This document shows, piece by piece, positions 12,741-25,884 of a stretch of DNA of 64,000 nucleotides; position 1 is the stretch's first letter; each line of letters opens with the position of its first letter. This DNA comes from Heteronotia binoei (lineage: Eukaryota). The stretch is taken from positions 54,126,001 through 54,190,000 of the forward strand of contig NC_083243.1 of the NCBI RefSeq assembly GCF_032191835.1, read 5' to 3'. A program made the translations under genes and the position numbers. The notes below the pieces were generated by a model. That model did not search any database. It worked only from the letters and a program-made list of their open reading frames with translations, and had not been told where the DNA came from.

Positions 12741-13292
12741 AAGCGGGGGTGGAGGGTGGGATAAAAATTATATACACCGGGAAGGAGTGGGGAGGGGATC
12801 CTATGTTTTTACAAAGCCATAGGAAATGAAATGGGGAAATCAACACTCTCTCTCTGTGTCAGCTACCTCACAGGATAAGACAGGGGAGAGGAGAAATATA
12901 GGCACTACTTAGTATAGATAGACAATATAATGGTCAAGAGCATATAAGCCAGGGAACAGCCATGAATCTTCAGTAATTAACCTACCTCTCAGATTTAGCA
13001 CTTCTGCATTTGGTCTGCTATTTCAAAGGAAAAATCTGCAGTGATGTCTAAGGTGGTCAGATGTTACTATATAGGTCTACGTCTGAACCCTGTTCATATG
13101 TGGTGGTGACCAAAGCTTATTCACATTGCAGACAGTGGTGATTTCTGAACCATTGCAGGTGATACACCATGACAGATAGTAGACTTATTAGAACTAGAAA
13201 GATCTTTTGCTGAAGGAGGATCACAGCTTTTTGCAGGCATCTGCATTGGCAATTTCATGCTTTTCTGGCTGATGTACCAACAGATAGCATGG

Positions 13293-13510
13293 GAACATAT
13301 ATGAACATATGAAGCTGCCTTATACTGAATCAGACCCTTGGTTCATCAAAGTCAGTATTGTCTTCTCAGACTGGCAGCGGCTCTCCAGGGTCTCAAGCTG
13401 AGGTTTTTCACACCTATTTGCCTGGACCCTTTTTTGGAGATGCCGGGGATTGAACCTGGGACCTTCTGCTTCCCAAGCAGATGCTCTGCCACTGAGCCAC
13501 CGTCCCTCCC
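13293..13510 (-). mobile_element. tRNA-derived SINE with (atatgttc)n tail
   Basis: Minus strand: A box tggctcagtggc, B box ggttcaatcc, then non-tRNA body and a tandem tail; homologous to copies at 19806 and 24608. Confidence 0.85.
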
Positions 13511-15119
13511 TTAACTGCTTTAATGTCAGATCCTAAACTTCACTTCTGCTATGAAAACTGAGCATGAAAAAAGTCGAACTGTGCATGTCTTCCTGCCATA
13601 TTATCTTTCCCTCTTTCGAGTATGATTGCTGCCACCCACATTACTTAAGGAATTCTGGAGTCCTTCACCTCCACATTTCAGATGCTTCCCTTTTTTATCC
13701 AATTCTTGTTTTGTGTTCAATCACTTTGCCCTTTGCATTATTTCTGAGCCTCATGTCTTCCTCTAATATATTAAAATTTAAATTGGCCCATTGTTAAACA
13801 CACATACCTCTTTTGATCTATGGCAAATAATGATCCTGAAATCACCGTCATCTTCCAGCTTATTTGAACAAGGTTCTCCTCACTAGATACTCTGAAGTCT
13901 AAATACAGCTGGAACTTTTTATCATTTTCACAAGGTCCTAGACAGGTTTTCTTCTACCACCAACTGTGCTTATTCCCTATGACTTCCATTCCCAATGACT
14001 CTTATATCTTTTGCAATATATATTAGGAGGGGAAAGTTTCTTCCTTATGAGGAGCACTGTGCATCTCTATTATTATTCAAGCAAGATTAGACCGTTTGTA
14101 AATTTTCAGTTCTAACTTTTTTACAGAAAGCTGCATGGCTCTTATAAATCAGGAAGTACTTTACAGCTGTCTATTCAAGTGCAATGTCAAGATTATTGGC
14201 ACTGTTTATGGTGACATCACTTTCTATGACTCTGTAAAAGGGATATGAAGTTAAATGAGCATAGTAAAGATGGCACATTGGCTGCATAGTTGATCTCAGT
14301 GCAGACAACTGGCATTTTCCTGCTGCCTGCAAGAAGTTAGAACAGGAGTGTAGTCAGGCACCACTAGGGCTGGACAGAACCTTTTCTTGCCAATGATTTC
14401 AGCTAGTTGGTAAGCTGACCATTAACTTCTCTCAGAAAAGAGTATTGGCTACTGAAGGGCCATCCCCCATCTGAACATCCCCTATCCACTTCTAAGTGCA
14501 ATACAACATAAAATGAGTTGTCATCTAGAAGTGAAGTTTTTTTAAACCTGAGAAATGGCAATATAATATTATTAGGTATAAGAATATCACTCCTTTGAAA
14601 ATATTCATATATTTGTTTACTTCATTTATACCCTGCCATTCTCCCCAAAGGGAATCAAAGCAGCTTATACCATTCCCCTCTTCTACATTTTATTCTCATA
14701 CCCACCAGGTGAGGTAAATTAGGCTGAAAGTATGTGACTGGGCCAAAGTCACCCAACAGATCCCAATTGGAAAGCGAATGAGTCACATGGTTCAACAGAC
14801 CTTTTAGGCAATATGTACAGTTTTTGCACTGCTGGGGTCATACTTTCATCTAGCATAGTCAATGGTCCTCATCAGGAGTGAGCCGGACTCCAGGAGGCCA
14901 CCATTGCAGCATGGCTCAGCTCCACTATTTATTCCTGGCCTGGGAGCACATGGCTGCCTTCTTCTGCCAGATTCCTGGCCATTCCAGGTGGAGCTGTGCT
15001 CTGGTGGGCTCCTGCACAAAAAACACCCCTGGTTCTCTTCTAATTCACATGGTTCTAATTCACATGCATTTAGCATATGCATTTTTTTCCTGTTCATCTT
15101 TTTTCCTTTCTATAGTAGG

Positions 15120-15500
15120 CAATAGATTCAGGTGGATAGCTGTGTTGATCTGAAGCAACAGAACAAAGTTTGAGTCCAGTGGTACCTTTAAGACCAAAAA
15201 AGTTTAATTTTGAGTATCAGCTTTCCTTTGCATGCACACCTTCATATACATTGAAACAAGACTTCCTCGACCATTACATAAAGGTAGAGAGGGTGGAGGA
15301 GGGGTTAAGTTAAAAGGAAGAGTTAATTAGAGTCAAGATGTAGAAGTAACTGAGCAATAGGTATAGCTGAAATTGGATTAAAGCAATTGGTAAAACCTGT
15401 AGATAGCAGCAAATTAACCTATAGATAGCAGCAAATGGCAGCAGATTAACATTAACAAACAGATGTGAGAACTAAGTTTGAGTCAAGTGGCATCTAACTC
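15120..15500 (-). mobile_element. Degenerate Penelope-like element fragment with partial tandem terminal repeat
   Basis: agaacaaagtttgagtccagtgg (about 15158) recurs as agaactaagtttgagtcaagtgg (about 15468); decayed hammerhead gtgtgcatgcaaaggaaagctgatac on the minus strand. Confidence 0.5.
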
Positions 15501-16637
15501 TTTTGTTCTCTGTATGTTGATTTGCTGTTATTCACAGGTCTTACCAGCAGCTTTAATCCAATCTTAGCTCTACATATCACTTGCTACTTATACATTTACC
15601 AATTATATTTTATCAGTTAAACTGGCATTTGTCAATTCAGTTACAGCAACTATAAATAATTAAAAATGTTCTTAATAGAAATGCAAACGAATCATTTTCA
15701 TTTTCAGCTAGATCCAAATACACATAACTTTGTTCTATAACAGACAATATAATTAATTAGTGCTCCACTTAAGCCACCATTAATTTAAGTGGATTTCTTG
15801 TCATCATCTGAATCTTTGCATCTCCGCTGTTCTTTCTGCTTCAGTTCCTGTCCCTTTTTGCACTTGTCCCCATCTTATTTTCCTGTTTGTATCCTGATAA
15901 TCTCTTAAATAGGCAACATTGATTAGGAACTACTGGATGTGATAGGACAGGAGATACAACTATAAGTTTGCCGTAGGCATTATTCCTTTACAGACTCTAT
16001 CCAATGTCACTTCAAAGTTGTACATTCATATTTTACACTGAGCTTTTATAGCAAATGAGAACTTAGGGTTGAGAGAATCTCCTCCCTTCCTTGACTCCAG
16101 GGTGCTCTGATGTGACCTCTAGGGAAACAAAACATCTTCTGTCAAATAGGAAATTACTCTATCACCCCTTGCCATACTGCATGTCTTAGAAAAGCCATTG
16201 TTTTGCCTCTGATTTTCTGAATAATTATTTTTTTTTCTCTCAAAAGATAGTGAATCAGAAGTAGTGGATCTTGGTTTACAATTAATTCTCTGAATTCATC
16301 CTTAGTTTAAAAAAAGATCTCTCAAACCTCTTCTTTGTAGTTGACATGAAGATAACAATAACTAACCAAAAATCAAATAAAAACCAAGAAAATTAATGGA
16401 GGAAGGGTAAGTGGCTAATTAGATTTTAATGCAGCATACTACATCTCACAATGTATTTCCTTGGATAAACTATTGTAGTCCTTATGCTGTCTAATTTCAA
16501 AATGAAAGCTTCTCTCTTGATTCATTCTCAGCATCTAAATATTTATTTAGAAGACATTAACTACATTGGGGTCAGCGTATTGTGGATCTAGAAGAATGCA
16601 TTTCCCTGATGCTTGATAACATATTTAAATGTTAAAA

Positions 16638-16905
16638 TTGCAGTCCTAAGCTCTGCTCACGACCTGAGTTCAATCCCCAGTGGAAGCTGGGTTTTCAGGT
16701 AGCTGGCTTGAGGTTGACTCAGCCTTCCATCCTTCAGAGGTTGGTAAAATGAGTACCCAGCTTGCTGGGGGGGGGGGGAGTGTAGATGACTGGGGAAGGC
16801 AATGACAAACCACCCCATAAAACGTCTGCCGTGAGAACGTTGTGAGAGCAACGTCACCCCAGAGTTGGAAACGACTGGTGCTTGCACAGGGGACCTTTCC
16901 TTTCC
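16638..16905 (+). mobile_element. Sauria-type SINE
   Basis: B box gagttcaatcc, diagnostic body, and gcacaggggacctttcctttcc tail. Confidence 0.8.
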
Positions 16906-18473
16906 CCCCTTTTACTGTCTCTATGGTAAAAGTAATACTAGAAAAATAAAAGTAGACATAAACATTTGCATCCATTTCCAAACAAATAAATCTAAATGTT
17001 TTATATTGGCATGTTTTAAGAATCAAACCTTTATTAGTAAACTTTAATATATTTTGCTTAGCATGTTGGTGGAATAGCTACAATCTTGCAAAATAATTCA
17101 CGGAAGAACTGAATTAGAAGTTTAACAAAAAATTATTGTAACTGATCTGGAAAGAGCTCCGCTCTGGTCAAGCAGCTCAGGTTTTGCAGTATTAGGTAGA
17201 CAATCCTATCTTGGCTTCTGATCCTAAATTTTGGTGAACCAGCAGAGCCTGAAGACATGTTTGCATTGAAAATCTGTGCTGGTTTAGCACCAACATTGCA
17301 TGAGCAGCAACTAACACAGATAGAATCCTTACAATGGCAGAGCAATACAACAATGAGGCAGAGGAGAGGCATAGTAAAGAGGAGCAAAAATTCTATACTT
17401 AATTCAGAGCTTGTTCCAGTCCTCAGGATACCATAGGGGTTATGTGTGCAAAAAAGATGGTGTCAACTAAGACACACACTCTGAAGTTAATGGACTGCCA
17501 GTGCCAAAATAACCACCTCCTCCCTGCTGGAGCAGCCAGAATGGAGGAGAGAATTCCAAACTAAATCTGCAGCAAATCATGGCACTGCATGCCTTGGAAA
17601 CTCTGACCTCATCTGTCAAGGTATGTGGCTACATTCATTTCTTCTCATGTCTGCAGAATTCCAATGGAAATTTGGGAATACAGTCCAAGGGCAGTTTACG
17701 TGAACAGTCAAGACACATAATGTGTGAACGTTCTTATTGCTAACACTTTGCAGAACACTTGCAGTTTCCCAGCCTTGGGTCTTCAGAAAGAAACAACTGA
17801 GAGGAGTCCACCTGCAGTGTTGCAGAGGGGTTGAAAAAAGCCAAGTCACAAGTCTCCCTTCTAAGTCAAGAAGTTAACGCTTCTGAAAAGCCTCTCCATT
17901 TCTCACCACCAAACACTCAAAGGATGAAGAACATGCAAACACTAATGACAAAGTGTATTCCCAAGATACACTATAATGTGGGAGAACTATGTGCTAGCTT
18001 AACAACTTGCTATTATGCAACAGGTTACAGCAGCATTTCCCACACAAGGGACCCAGGGGGCATATGCAGTGTGCTGAACAGAAGGCAGAAAATCCCCCAA
18101 ATCAGGTGAACTCTCACTGTGTACCAATGAAAGCAATAAAGAGTTATTTATGCTGGTGGAGACTAGGTATTCCACCCACCTAGGCATGACTCACTGCAGT
18201 CTCATAGCTACACTTTAGCCTTTATCTGGCTGCCTGGGTACCTGCGGTTTGTGGAAGGCATGTGTGTACTGGGTTGTGTGACATCATGGTTTCACTAGGC
18301 CATCACTCGTACCTTCCCCACATGACTAATACAAGCATTAGCACAGTGTTCAGCATCATGACTGGTGAGTGGTGGCAGAAATATGAAGGGTGGTGTGTGA
18401 TTGCTTGATGGTGCTGCTGTACTGGTGCTTTTTGAAATTATACTTTTGACTCTGTTATGAGTTGAGCATACAT

Positions 18474-18693
18474 TATGGTTGTCAGCTCTGGTTTGGGAAA
18501 TTCCTGGAGATTTGGGGGGTTGGAGCCTGGGCAGGGTGGGATTTGGGGAGGGGAGGGACCTCAGCAGGGTACAGTGGCATAGAATCCATTCTCCAAAGTG
18601 GCCATTTTCTCCGGGGAAACTGATCTTGGTTGTCTGGAGATCAACTGCAATAATAGGAGATCTCCAGGTGCCATCTGGAGGTTGGTAACCCTA
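18474..18693. mobile_element. hAT MITE, TAGGGTTGCC family (degenerate)
   Basis: Ends ggtaacccta; internal sequence shared with copies at 52917, 56443 and 59771. Confidence 0.65.
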
Positions 18694-19805
18694 GGATATT
18701 ACAACAGCAATTGTTCTGGCCTACTGAAGCCAGGGCCCATTTCAGGTTTTTGCGGACCCCAGGAAGAGAATACCAGGGCACTATCTCCCTTCTTCCTCCT
18801 CCTGCTTTCCCCACCCATGAACTTGCTGGCCAACCCTTCCAATGGTCACACACCCTTCCTGTGCCCAGGAATTTGGTGCTGGGAAAGCTCATAAGCAAGC
18901 AGATGGGCAGTGAGAGGGAGTGTGAACAGGCAGCATGCGAGCCACTGGACTGGAAGCCCAGGGCCTTGGCAACTGCCCACTTCAGGATATGCTGGTGCCA
19001 GCCCTGGCTGTACAAACAAAACCATACAACTGCACTGTTAATTTGGTTACAGAGGTGTTTTGAAAAGTGTTCAGCAAACTTTTAAAATCAATTTGTACTA
19101 CATAGTTCAGTTAATCCCTGCATTTAGGTAAAACTGAACACACTCAAGCAGAGAACACAGATCAGATTTTTAAAAAAGACTGTACATTAGCCTTAACATT
19201 AATCTGCCACTATTAGCTGATTTGATCAAAACTACACCAAGAACTTTTCCCTGATGTGAGTCTCCAAGCCATACATACTCCCTCCCTTCTTTATGTATTC
19301 AAAACTGGGGAATAGATTGCAACTTCTGTGTGCTAATGAAGTGAAAACAGAATGAATAGCTTAGTTATGGATGCTTGTGCCCCGACTGAAAATAATCTCA
19401 GAAAGAAATTTCAGAGGGCGAGGAGAACATTGCTATAGCAAGAGTTTCTGGTGCACGGTAGCTAGATCACAGAAATTGTTATGATGTAATTTCAGCAACA
19501 ATAGTAAAGACAGTAAAAGGAAACCTCAGAACTGAGGATTAAATTGCTACTTTTATGAAATATTCAAATTCAGATGGAATTAAATCATATACTTATGCAA
19601 CTACTTATCCATTAGCTGGAAGGAAGTATCTAGAAGAAACAGGAGGAATTAAAATAGAATTAGTGTTAACATTTGTTTATAAAAGGAGAGATGAAGATCC
19701 TATAGTCAAAACATTCTCAGATTTTGATACCAGCGGTGCATTCCAGAGCAAGTAAAGTGTACAAAAATCCAATTGAAAGCTCTAGAATCAAATTTTGAAA
19801 AGTAA

Positions 19806-19925
19806 AGTTGGGGTGGTAGAGCATTTGCTTGGAAAGCAGAAGGTCCCAGGTTCAATCGCCAACAGGTCTAGTTAATAGAATCAGGTGGTAGGTAATGTGG
19901 AAGACCTTGTCCTGAGAGCCTGGAG
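19806..19925 (+). mobile_element. tRNA-derived SINE 5' fragment
   Basis: gtagagcatttgcttggaaagcagaaggtcccaggttcaatc, same head as the 13293-13510 copy. Confidence 0.7.
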
Positions 19926-20253
19926 AACTCTTCTGTTCAACATCTTTATAAATGATTTGGAGGAAGGAATAGAAGCAATGCTTATTAAATTTGCAGATGA
20001 CGTTAAATTGGGAAGGGGTAGCAAACACAGAAGACAAAGTCAGGATGACTGTGGAAAACTTGGCTAAAACAAATAAAATGAATTCTAACAGGGATAAATA
20101 TAAAGTTCTGCATTTAGGTAGGAAAAATCACACAATTATAGGATGGGAGAGACATGTCTTGGCAGTAGTATGTGTGAAAAGGATCTAGGGGTCTTGGAGC
20201 ATACACTGAACATGAGTCAGCAGTGTGATGCAGTAGCTAAAAAAGGCAAATGC

Positions 20254-20288
<35 letters not shown>

Positions 20289-21143
20289 TTTTATTTTTAT
20301 ATCCCGCCCTCCCCGCCAGGCGGGCTCAGGGCGGCTAACAGACTTGGGAGTCCCATGGGAGTTTGGGGCTGTATCAACAGAAATATAGCATCCAGATTAC
20401 ACGAAGTGATGGTTAGCTCTGGTTAGACTTCACCTAGAGTATTGTGTTCAGCTTTGTGCACCACAATTTAAGAAGAATATAGAAAAGCTGAAACAGGTTC
20501 AAAGGAGGGCAATGAAGATGGTGAGGGGTCTGGAGACCAAGTCCTCTGAGGAAAGGTTGAAGGAGTTGGGCATGTTTAGCCTGGAGAGGCGGCAACTGAG
20601 AGGTGATATGACCACCATCTTCAAATACTTGAAGGGCTGTCATATAGAGGATGGTGCAGAATTTTCTGTTGCCCCAGAAGGTAGGACCAGAACCAACAGG
20701 CTGAAATTAAATTATAATAGCTTTTGGCTAAACATTAGGAAAAATTTCCTGACAGAGTGGTTCCTTAGTGGAACAGGCTTCCTTGGGAGGTGGTGGGCTC
20801 TCTTCCTTTGGAGGTTTTTAAACAGAGGCTAGACGGCAATCTGACAGCAATGAACTCTGTGAACTTAAGCAGATTATGGGAAGGAGGACAGGAAGGGTTG
20901 CATTATTGCCCAGTTCTCATGGCACTTTCTTACACACCTAGGGAAATGCTAATCACCACTTTGGGATCAGGCAGCAGTTTTTTTTCAGGTCATTTTGGCC
21001 AGGGATCCTGACAGTTTTTGACATCTTATGGGCATGAAGCAGAGGTCACTGGGGGATATGGAGGGAGGTATTTGTGAATTTCCTGCATTGTGCAGGGGGT
21101 TGGCCTAGATGACCTTGGAGGTCCTTTCCAACTCTATGCTTCT
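19926..21143 (+). mobile_element. 5'-truncated CR1 LINE (RT C-terminus and 3' UTR)
   Basis: Fragments LFNIFINDLEEGIEAMLIKFADDVKLG and EERLKELGMFSLERRQLRGDM; CR1-type 3' end ctagatgaccttggaggtcctttccaactctatg. Confidence 0.92.
20259..20343 (-). mobile_element. Short L2-tail-like insertion with (AAT)n inside the CR1
   Basis: Reverse complement of gtaagccgccctgagcc...gggagggcgggatataaa + (att)n; interrupts CR1 sequence; same family as 52775-52856. Confidence 0.6.
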
Positions 21144-21557
21144 ATTATTACAGTTATACAAATGTGCACTGGTTTTTTTACATTTTGAGATTTGTGTGTG
21201 TGTGTTGGTTGGAGGAGCACTTGCCAAAATTTGCTTTGAGTGGGCAGTCAACTTAACCTTATCAGTTTCCTATTCTATGCTAGAATCTCCAATTCTCTGT
21301 AGAATAGTTACGGTCTAATATTTGATGGGAGTAAACCTAGTGAATAGTCTCAGGCAGGGTTCTTAACACACCTGCTTGGTGCATCCCTAAAGAGAGTTAC
21401 ATTTCAATAGACATAGAAGGGTGTAACTTTTGGATCACACTGCCATCACGAAATATCTGCCTTATTTCTTGGGTTCTTTGCCAGATCCCTAATATTGACT
21501 ACCACATCTTTTATTCCTGTGGTACCCATTCTTGTTTGCATACAGAAGATGCCCCTT

Positions 21558-21840
21558 AAGAAGAAGAAGATATTAGATTTATATCCCGCCCTCCACTCCG
21601 AAGAGTCTCAGAGTGGCTCACAATCTCCTTTACCTTCCCCCCCTCCCCACAACAGACATCCTGTGAGGTGGGTGGGGCTGGAGAGGGCTCTCACAGCAGC
21701 TGCCCTTTCAAGGACAACCTCTGCCAGAGTTATGGCTGACCCAAGGCCATGCTAGCAGGTGCAAGTGGAGGAGTGAAGAATCAAACCCGGTTCTCCAGAT
21801 AAGAGTCCACACACTTAACCACTACACCAAACTGGCTTTC
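21558..21840 (-). mobile_element. Squam3-like tRNA SINE with (CTT)n tail
   Basis: Near-identical reverse complement of the copy at 61335-61614. Confidence 0.85.
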
Positions 21841-23131
21841 CGCTTTACATAGTGTACAAGACTTTTTATATAGATAGATTAGAAAGATAAATGTAAAACA
21901 ATTTTAAAACTTTTTTTCAAAGTTAAGGACATAAGAGCCCTGCAGGATTAGAGTAGTGGTCCATCTAGTTCATATAGTGGCCAACCAGCTGCCCTAGAGA
22001 GCCAACCACCAGGGCATAGATGCCAAGGCCTTCCAATGAGTTGCCTCCTACCAATGATATTCAGAGGTTATCAAATTGTATGTTTTTTTACAGTAGAGAA
22101 AGGACTGATTCATCACAGGCCATTTTTCTTTTAATTTCCAGCTGCCTTCCCAGCCAGATGATATCCAGGACAACTTATCAACAGTACTACAATATTAAAA
22201 TGATACATACAATAAAATTTCAGACAATGAAAAAATGCCTAAAATACTAAAATATAAATTCCAAGCACAACAGCATTTAACATTCTATGCTCTTGGGAGT
22301 TACAAAAGTCAGAGTGCCATAAGTAAGAGGGATTGCTTTCATTCTCTGTACATCAAGCAACATTTCACCAGCAGAAACCCAGAGCAGGGCTTACTAGGAG
22401 CCATGGAAGTCTTAGGTTTATTTCCCACTCCCCAGCAAAGTAGAAATCAGAGGAAAAAACATCTCCCCAACAATACAGGTGCTAGCTGGAGAAACTGTCT
22501 GGCTCCTGGCTCCTTAGCCTGCATACCAAACACACACAAAATAATTGTCTTGCTGTATGTGCTGAACTTGTGACATGTCTTCTGGACCACAGCGACAGAC
22601 TGGAAGGAGCTGTAACATACTTGGGATATTACACGACATCATATATGAGCCAAAATCAGTTGAACACTACCTATGAACTCCCAAGAATAGAATTCATATG
22701 TGCTCCAGTTTAAAACTCCAACATGAACCTGCATGGCAATACACACACTTGATGTCTTGTTACCAGCAAGATTGACAAATTGGAAGGAGTTCAGCAAAGA
22801 GCTACCAAATGATTAAAGAGCTGAAGGGAGGGTGATTTATGGTGCATAATTTAAGTATACAGTTTTGTAGCTTAGTCAAGCACTCACTGGGGGGAGGAGT
22901 GCTATGGGAAGGTGAGAGCCCAAAGGATGCTGCAGAAGTTGGGGGAAGACTAGTATACAAATATCTGAGGTATACATAACCAAAGGAGGAGGGAAATAAA
23001 TTTAGTCTGAACATAGTTAATGGGTTGATTTATTTTTTAAAATGAAGCTGGGCTGGTAATGTAAGGAGGGAAAGCCCTTGACATAATGACTGATTTCCAT
23101 CACCAACTCTTAACATGATTCAGACATTTTT

Positions 23132-23345
23132 AGCCCTGACCTGGACAGCCCAGGCAAGTCCAATCTCGTCAGATCTTGGAAGCTAAGCAGGGCCAACCCT
23201 GCCAAGTACTTGGATGGGAGACCTCCAAGGAATACCAAGGCCAGATGCAGAGGCAGGCAAGGAAGTCACCTCTCTGAAATGTCCAAACCCCGCTAGGGGT
23301 CACCAGAAGTCAGCCATTACTTTCAAGTGTGTGCACACACACACT
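23132..23345 (+). mobile_element. 5S rRNA-derived SINE (second copy)
   Basis: caatctcgtcagatcttggaagctaagcaggg...gtacttggatgggagacc; same head as the 11745 copy. Confidence 0.75.
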
Positions 23346-24599
23346 ATCACACAAAAATCTATTCATACATTTTTAAAACAAGCAAAGTATTTTTAGGACT
23401 GTTTATATTTTTCCAATTTTGTTCTTCCTTTGCAATCCCAAATGTCACATTACCTACACCCTGGAGTAATTTTTTGTAGGAGAGTTAGAGACTGGAGTAA
23501 CGTTGTAGAACTGCACTGTAAACATCCTTCCTTTCATATTTTTGGCACTGTGCCTGTGAGCAGCAGGAATGCTTTTTTAGGTTGCTATGAAGATCAGTCC
23601 ACCCTGCCACATAAGACTCCTTACTGAGTCCTACATCACATGACAACCTTGCAAACTACTTAAATACTGCACACAAGCACTAATGCTACACTGACTTAAC
23701 AACCAGAGTCAATTCAGAGTGCTAATGTCCCAACACTGGTCATGACTTTGCCCTTGTTTGCCAGGGGAGGTACTCATCATAAACTGTAAAGCTAATGTTG
23801 GTTAACACTAGGCAAGTTCATTTATACATTCATTGAACATACAAGACTAACACACACAATACAATGGGACAATAAGTTGATTAACAAGAATAAAAAGTGG
23901 TCAGAATTCACTGAACAGGAGCAGTTTTAAAGTGTCCTATCAGCTGATGTTGTTGGCAGTCAGCATGTAAAGAGAAATAGACTAAGATGCTTTGCTAATA
24001 AGCAATTATTTCTGTACTTTTTTGGGGTACATTCCTCATCATGGCAAATTCTGAATCCTGTTAGAACAATGGTCAGAATTCCTACTGATTTTAATAAATA
24101 AAAATTTCACCGTAAAATGAGTTCTTAAGATTTTTTTTTAAATGCATGTATAATTTAAGCTGAATTCTCACTGAGATGATGAGCCTGTTTCTGGGCTTTA
24201 CCCCTTCCTGCTGCTGTGGCAGTTCATTTGACTGAGTGTTCCTTCATATGAAAATTCTCTCCAGAGAGAAAACTTCATGTCAGAGAGGAAGATACTAGCC
24301 TAGCTGTCTTCCCAAACATACTAGTTGTTTGATTTTTAAAAATTATTTGGAAGGGGGTTATATGAAAAAGTATTATCAATGTAAACTGTTATTACAAATT
24401 CTTTATCATATCCAGTTTATTGAGACATTGTAATATTTATCTGATTTGGTTAATTAATCGTTGAAGGGATAACATTGTCATTTTCTTCTATGCTAAACAG
24501 TTTAATAACAATGAAATCATGCTCCAAGTATAACAAAGCTATTTTGGCTGAGTGTAGCAATTACCTTGTTTAGATGCACAAAGCAATTTCTGAATGTAA

Positions 24600-24810
24600 T
24601 GAACAGACATGAAGCTGCCTTAAATGGAGTCAGACCATTAGCTGGTTAGATTCAGTTTGTTTACTCTGACGGGCAGCAGCTCTCCAGGGTCTCAGGCAGT
24701 GGTCTTTCAAGTCACCTTTCGCCTGATCCTTTGAACTGAAGATGCTGGGGGCTAAAGATGCTGAGATCTTCATGCAGAGCCAATGCTCTACCATCAAGCA
24801 ATGGCCTCTG
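24600..24810 (-). mobile_element. Degenerate tRNA-derived SINE
   Basis: Homologous along its length to 13293-13510. Confidence 0.65.
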
Positions 24811-25623
24811 CTGACTACTTAGTTCATGTGACTTAATTTTTTATGTGTACAAGAACAAGCCCTACACAGACCTTAAATACTACAATAAAATAAAATTCCA
24901 GGTCAGGATAGGACCCAAAGAACTGTGAAAATAATTTTGTATTTCCAGGAGCTTCATGCTTGTTTTTTCTTAATTAGCAGTCTCTCATGATTATGCATGA
25001 ACTGCTTTTGAAACTAACAGAAGTTTCAGAAGTAGCTTGCAATATAGCATTGGGGGAAGGGTGCTGTTCAGGGGAAACAAAGTCAAAAAAATTCACTGGA
25101 CTAGGGCAAGTTTTTTACATGAGCCTATGAAGATTTTTGTATTCCTGTCCAAGACACTGAAATATTGCACTATTCTTCTTTGATACTTAAATGAAAGTTG
25201 AGATAATGCATGTTTTAGATCCAGGGTTCCAGCTCTAATTTTTGGATACTCTCCCCTCTGTACAGCTGTCCTTAAAGCAATTCCTTAGCCAAGCACACAA
25301 ATAGTCCCACAAATGAGGCTTCTCTTTTCATTACATTCTGTTTTGGATCAGAATTCTTCCCCCACAGGTTCCTCTCTCAATTGTTTCCCCCCTCTTTGTA
25401 TCAAACAGCAAGACCACACAGCTATCACCAAACTATGCAGCCTTAGACCCCCAAACAAGCACACCAATTCAACATTTGCTTTTGATATATTGGTAGCAAG
25501 GCCTAGAGAAGTCTTCAGTGTAATCCAGCACATCTGTGTTAAAAGGTATACTCTCCTTCCCGAAGAGAGTAAAGAATACTGAAAATAAAATTAACACTGT
25601 GTCACTCTGAGGTCTCATAATTA

Positions 25624-25884
<261 letters not shown>

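Noticed and set aside
13436-13510. tRNA-like cloverleaf with a GGG anticodon loop (minus strand)
   Set aside because: Poor acceptor stem, and it runs directly into a SINE body found in several copies; it is a SINE head, not a tRNA gene.
23145-23240. 5S rRNA-like sequence (also 11760-11850)
   Set aside because: Diverged 5' end, substitutions, and fusion to a SINE tail with no 5S terminator; not a 5S rRNA gene.
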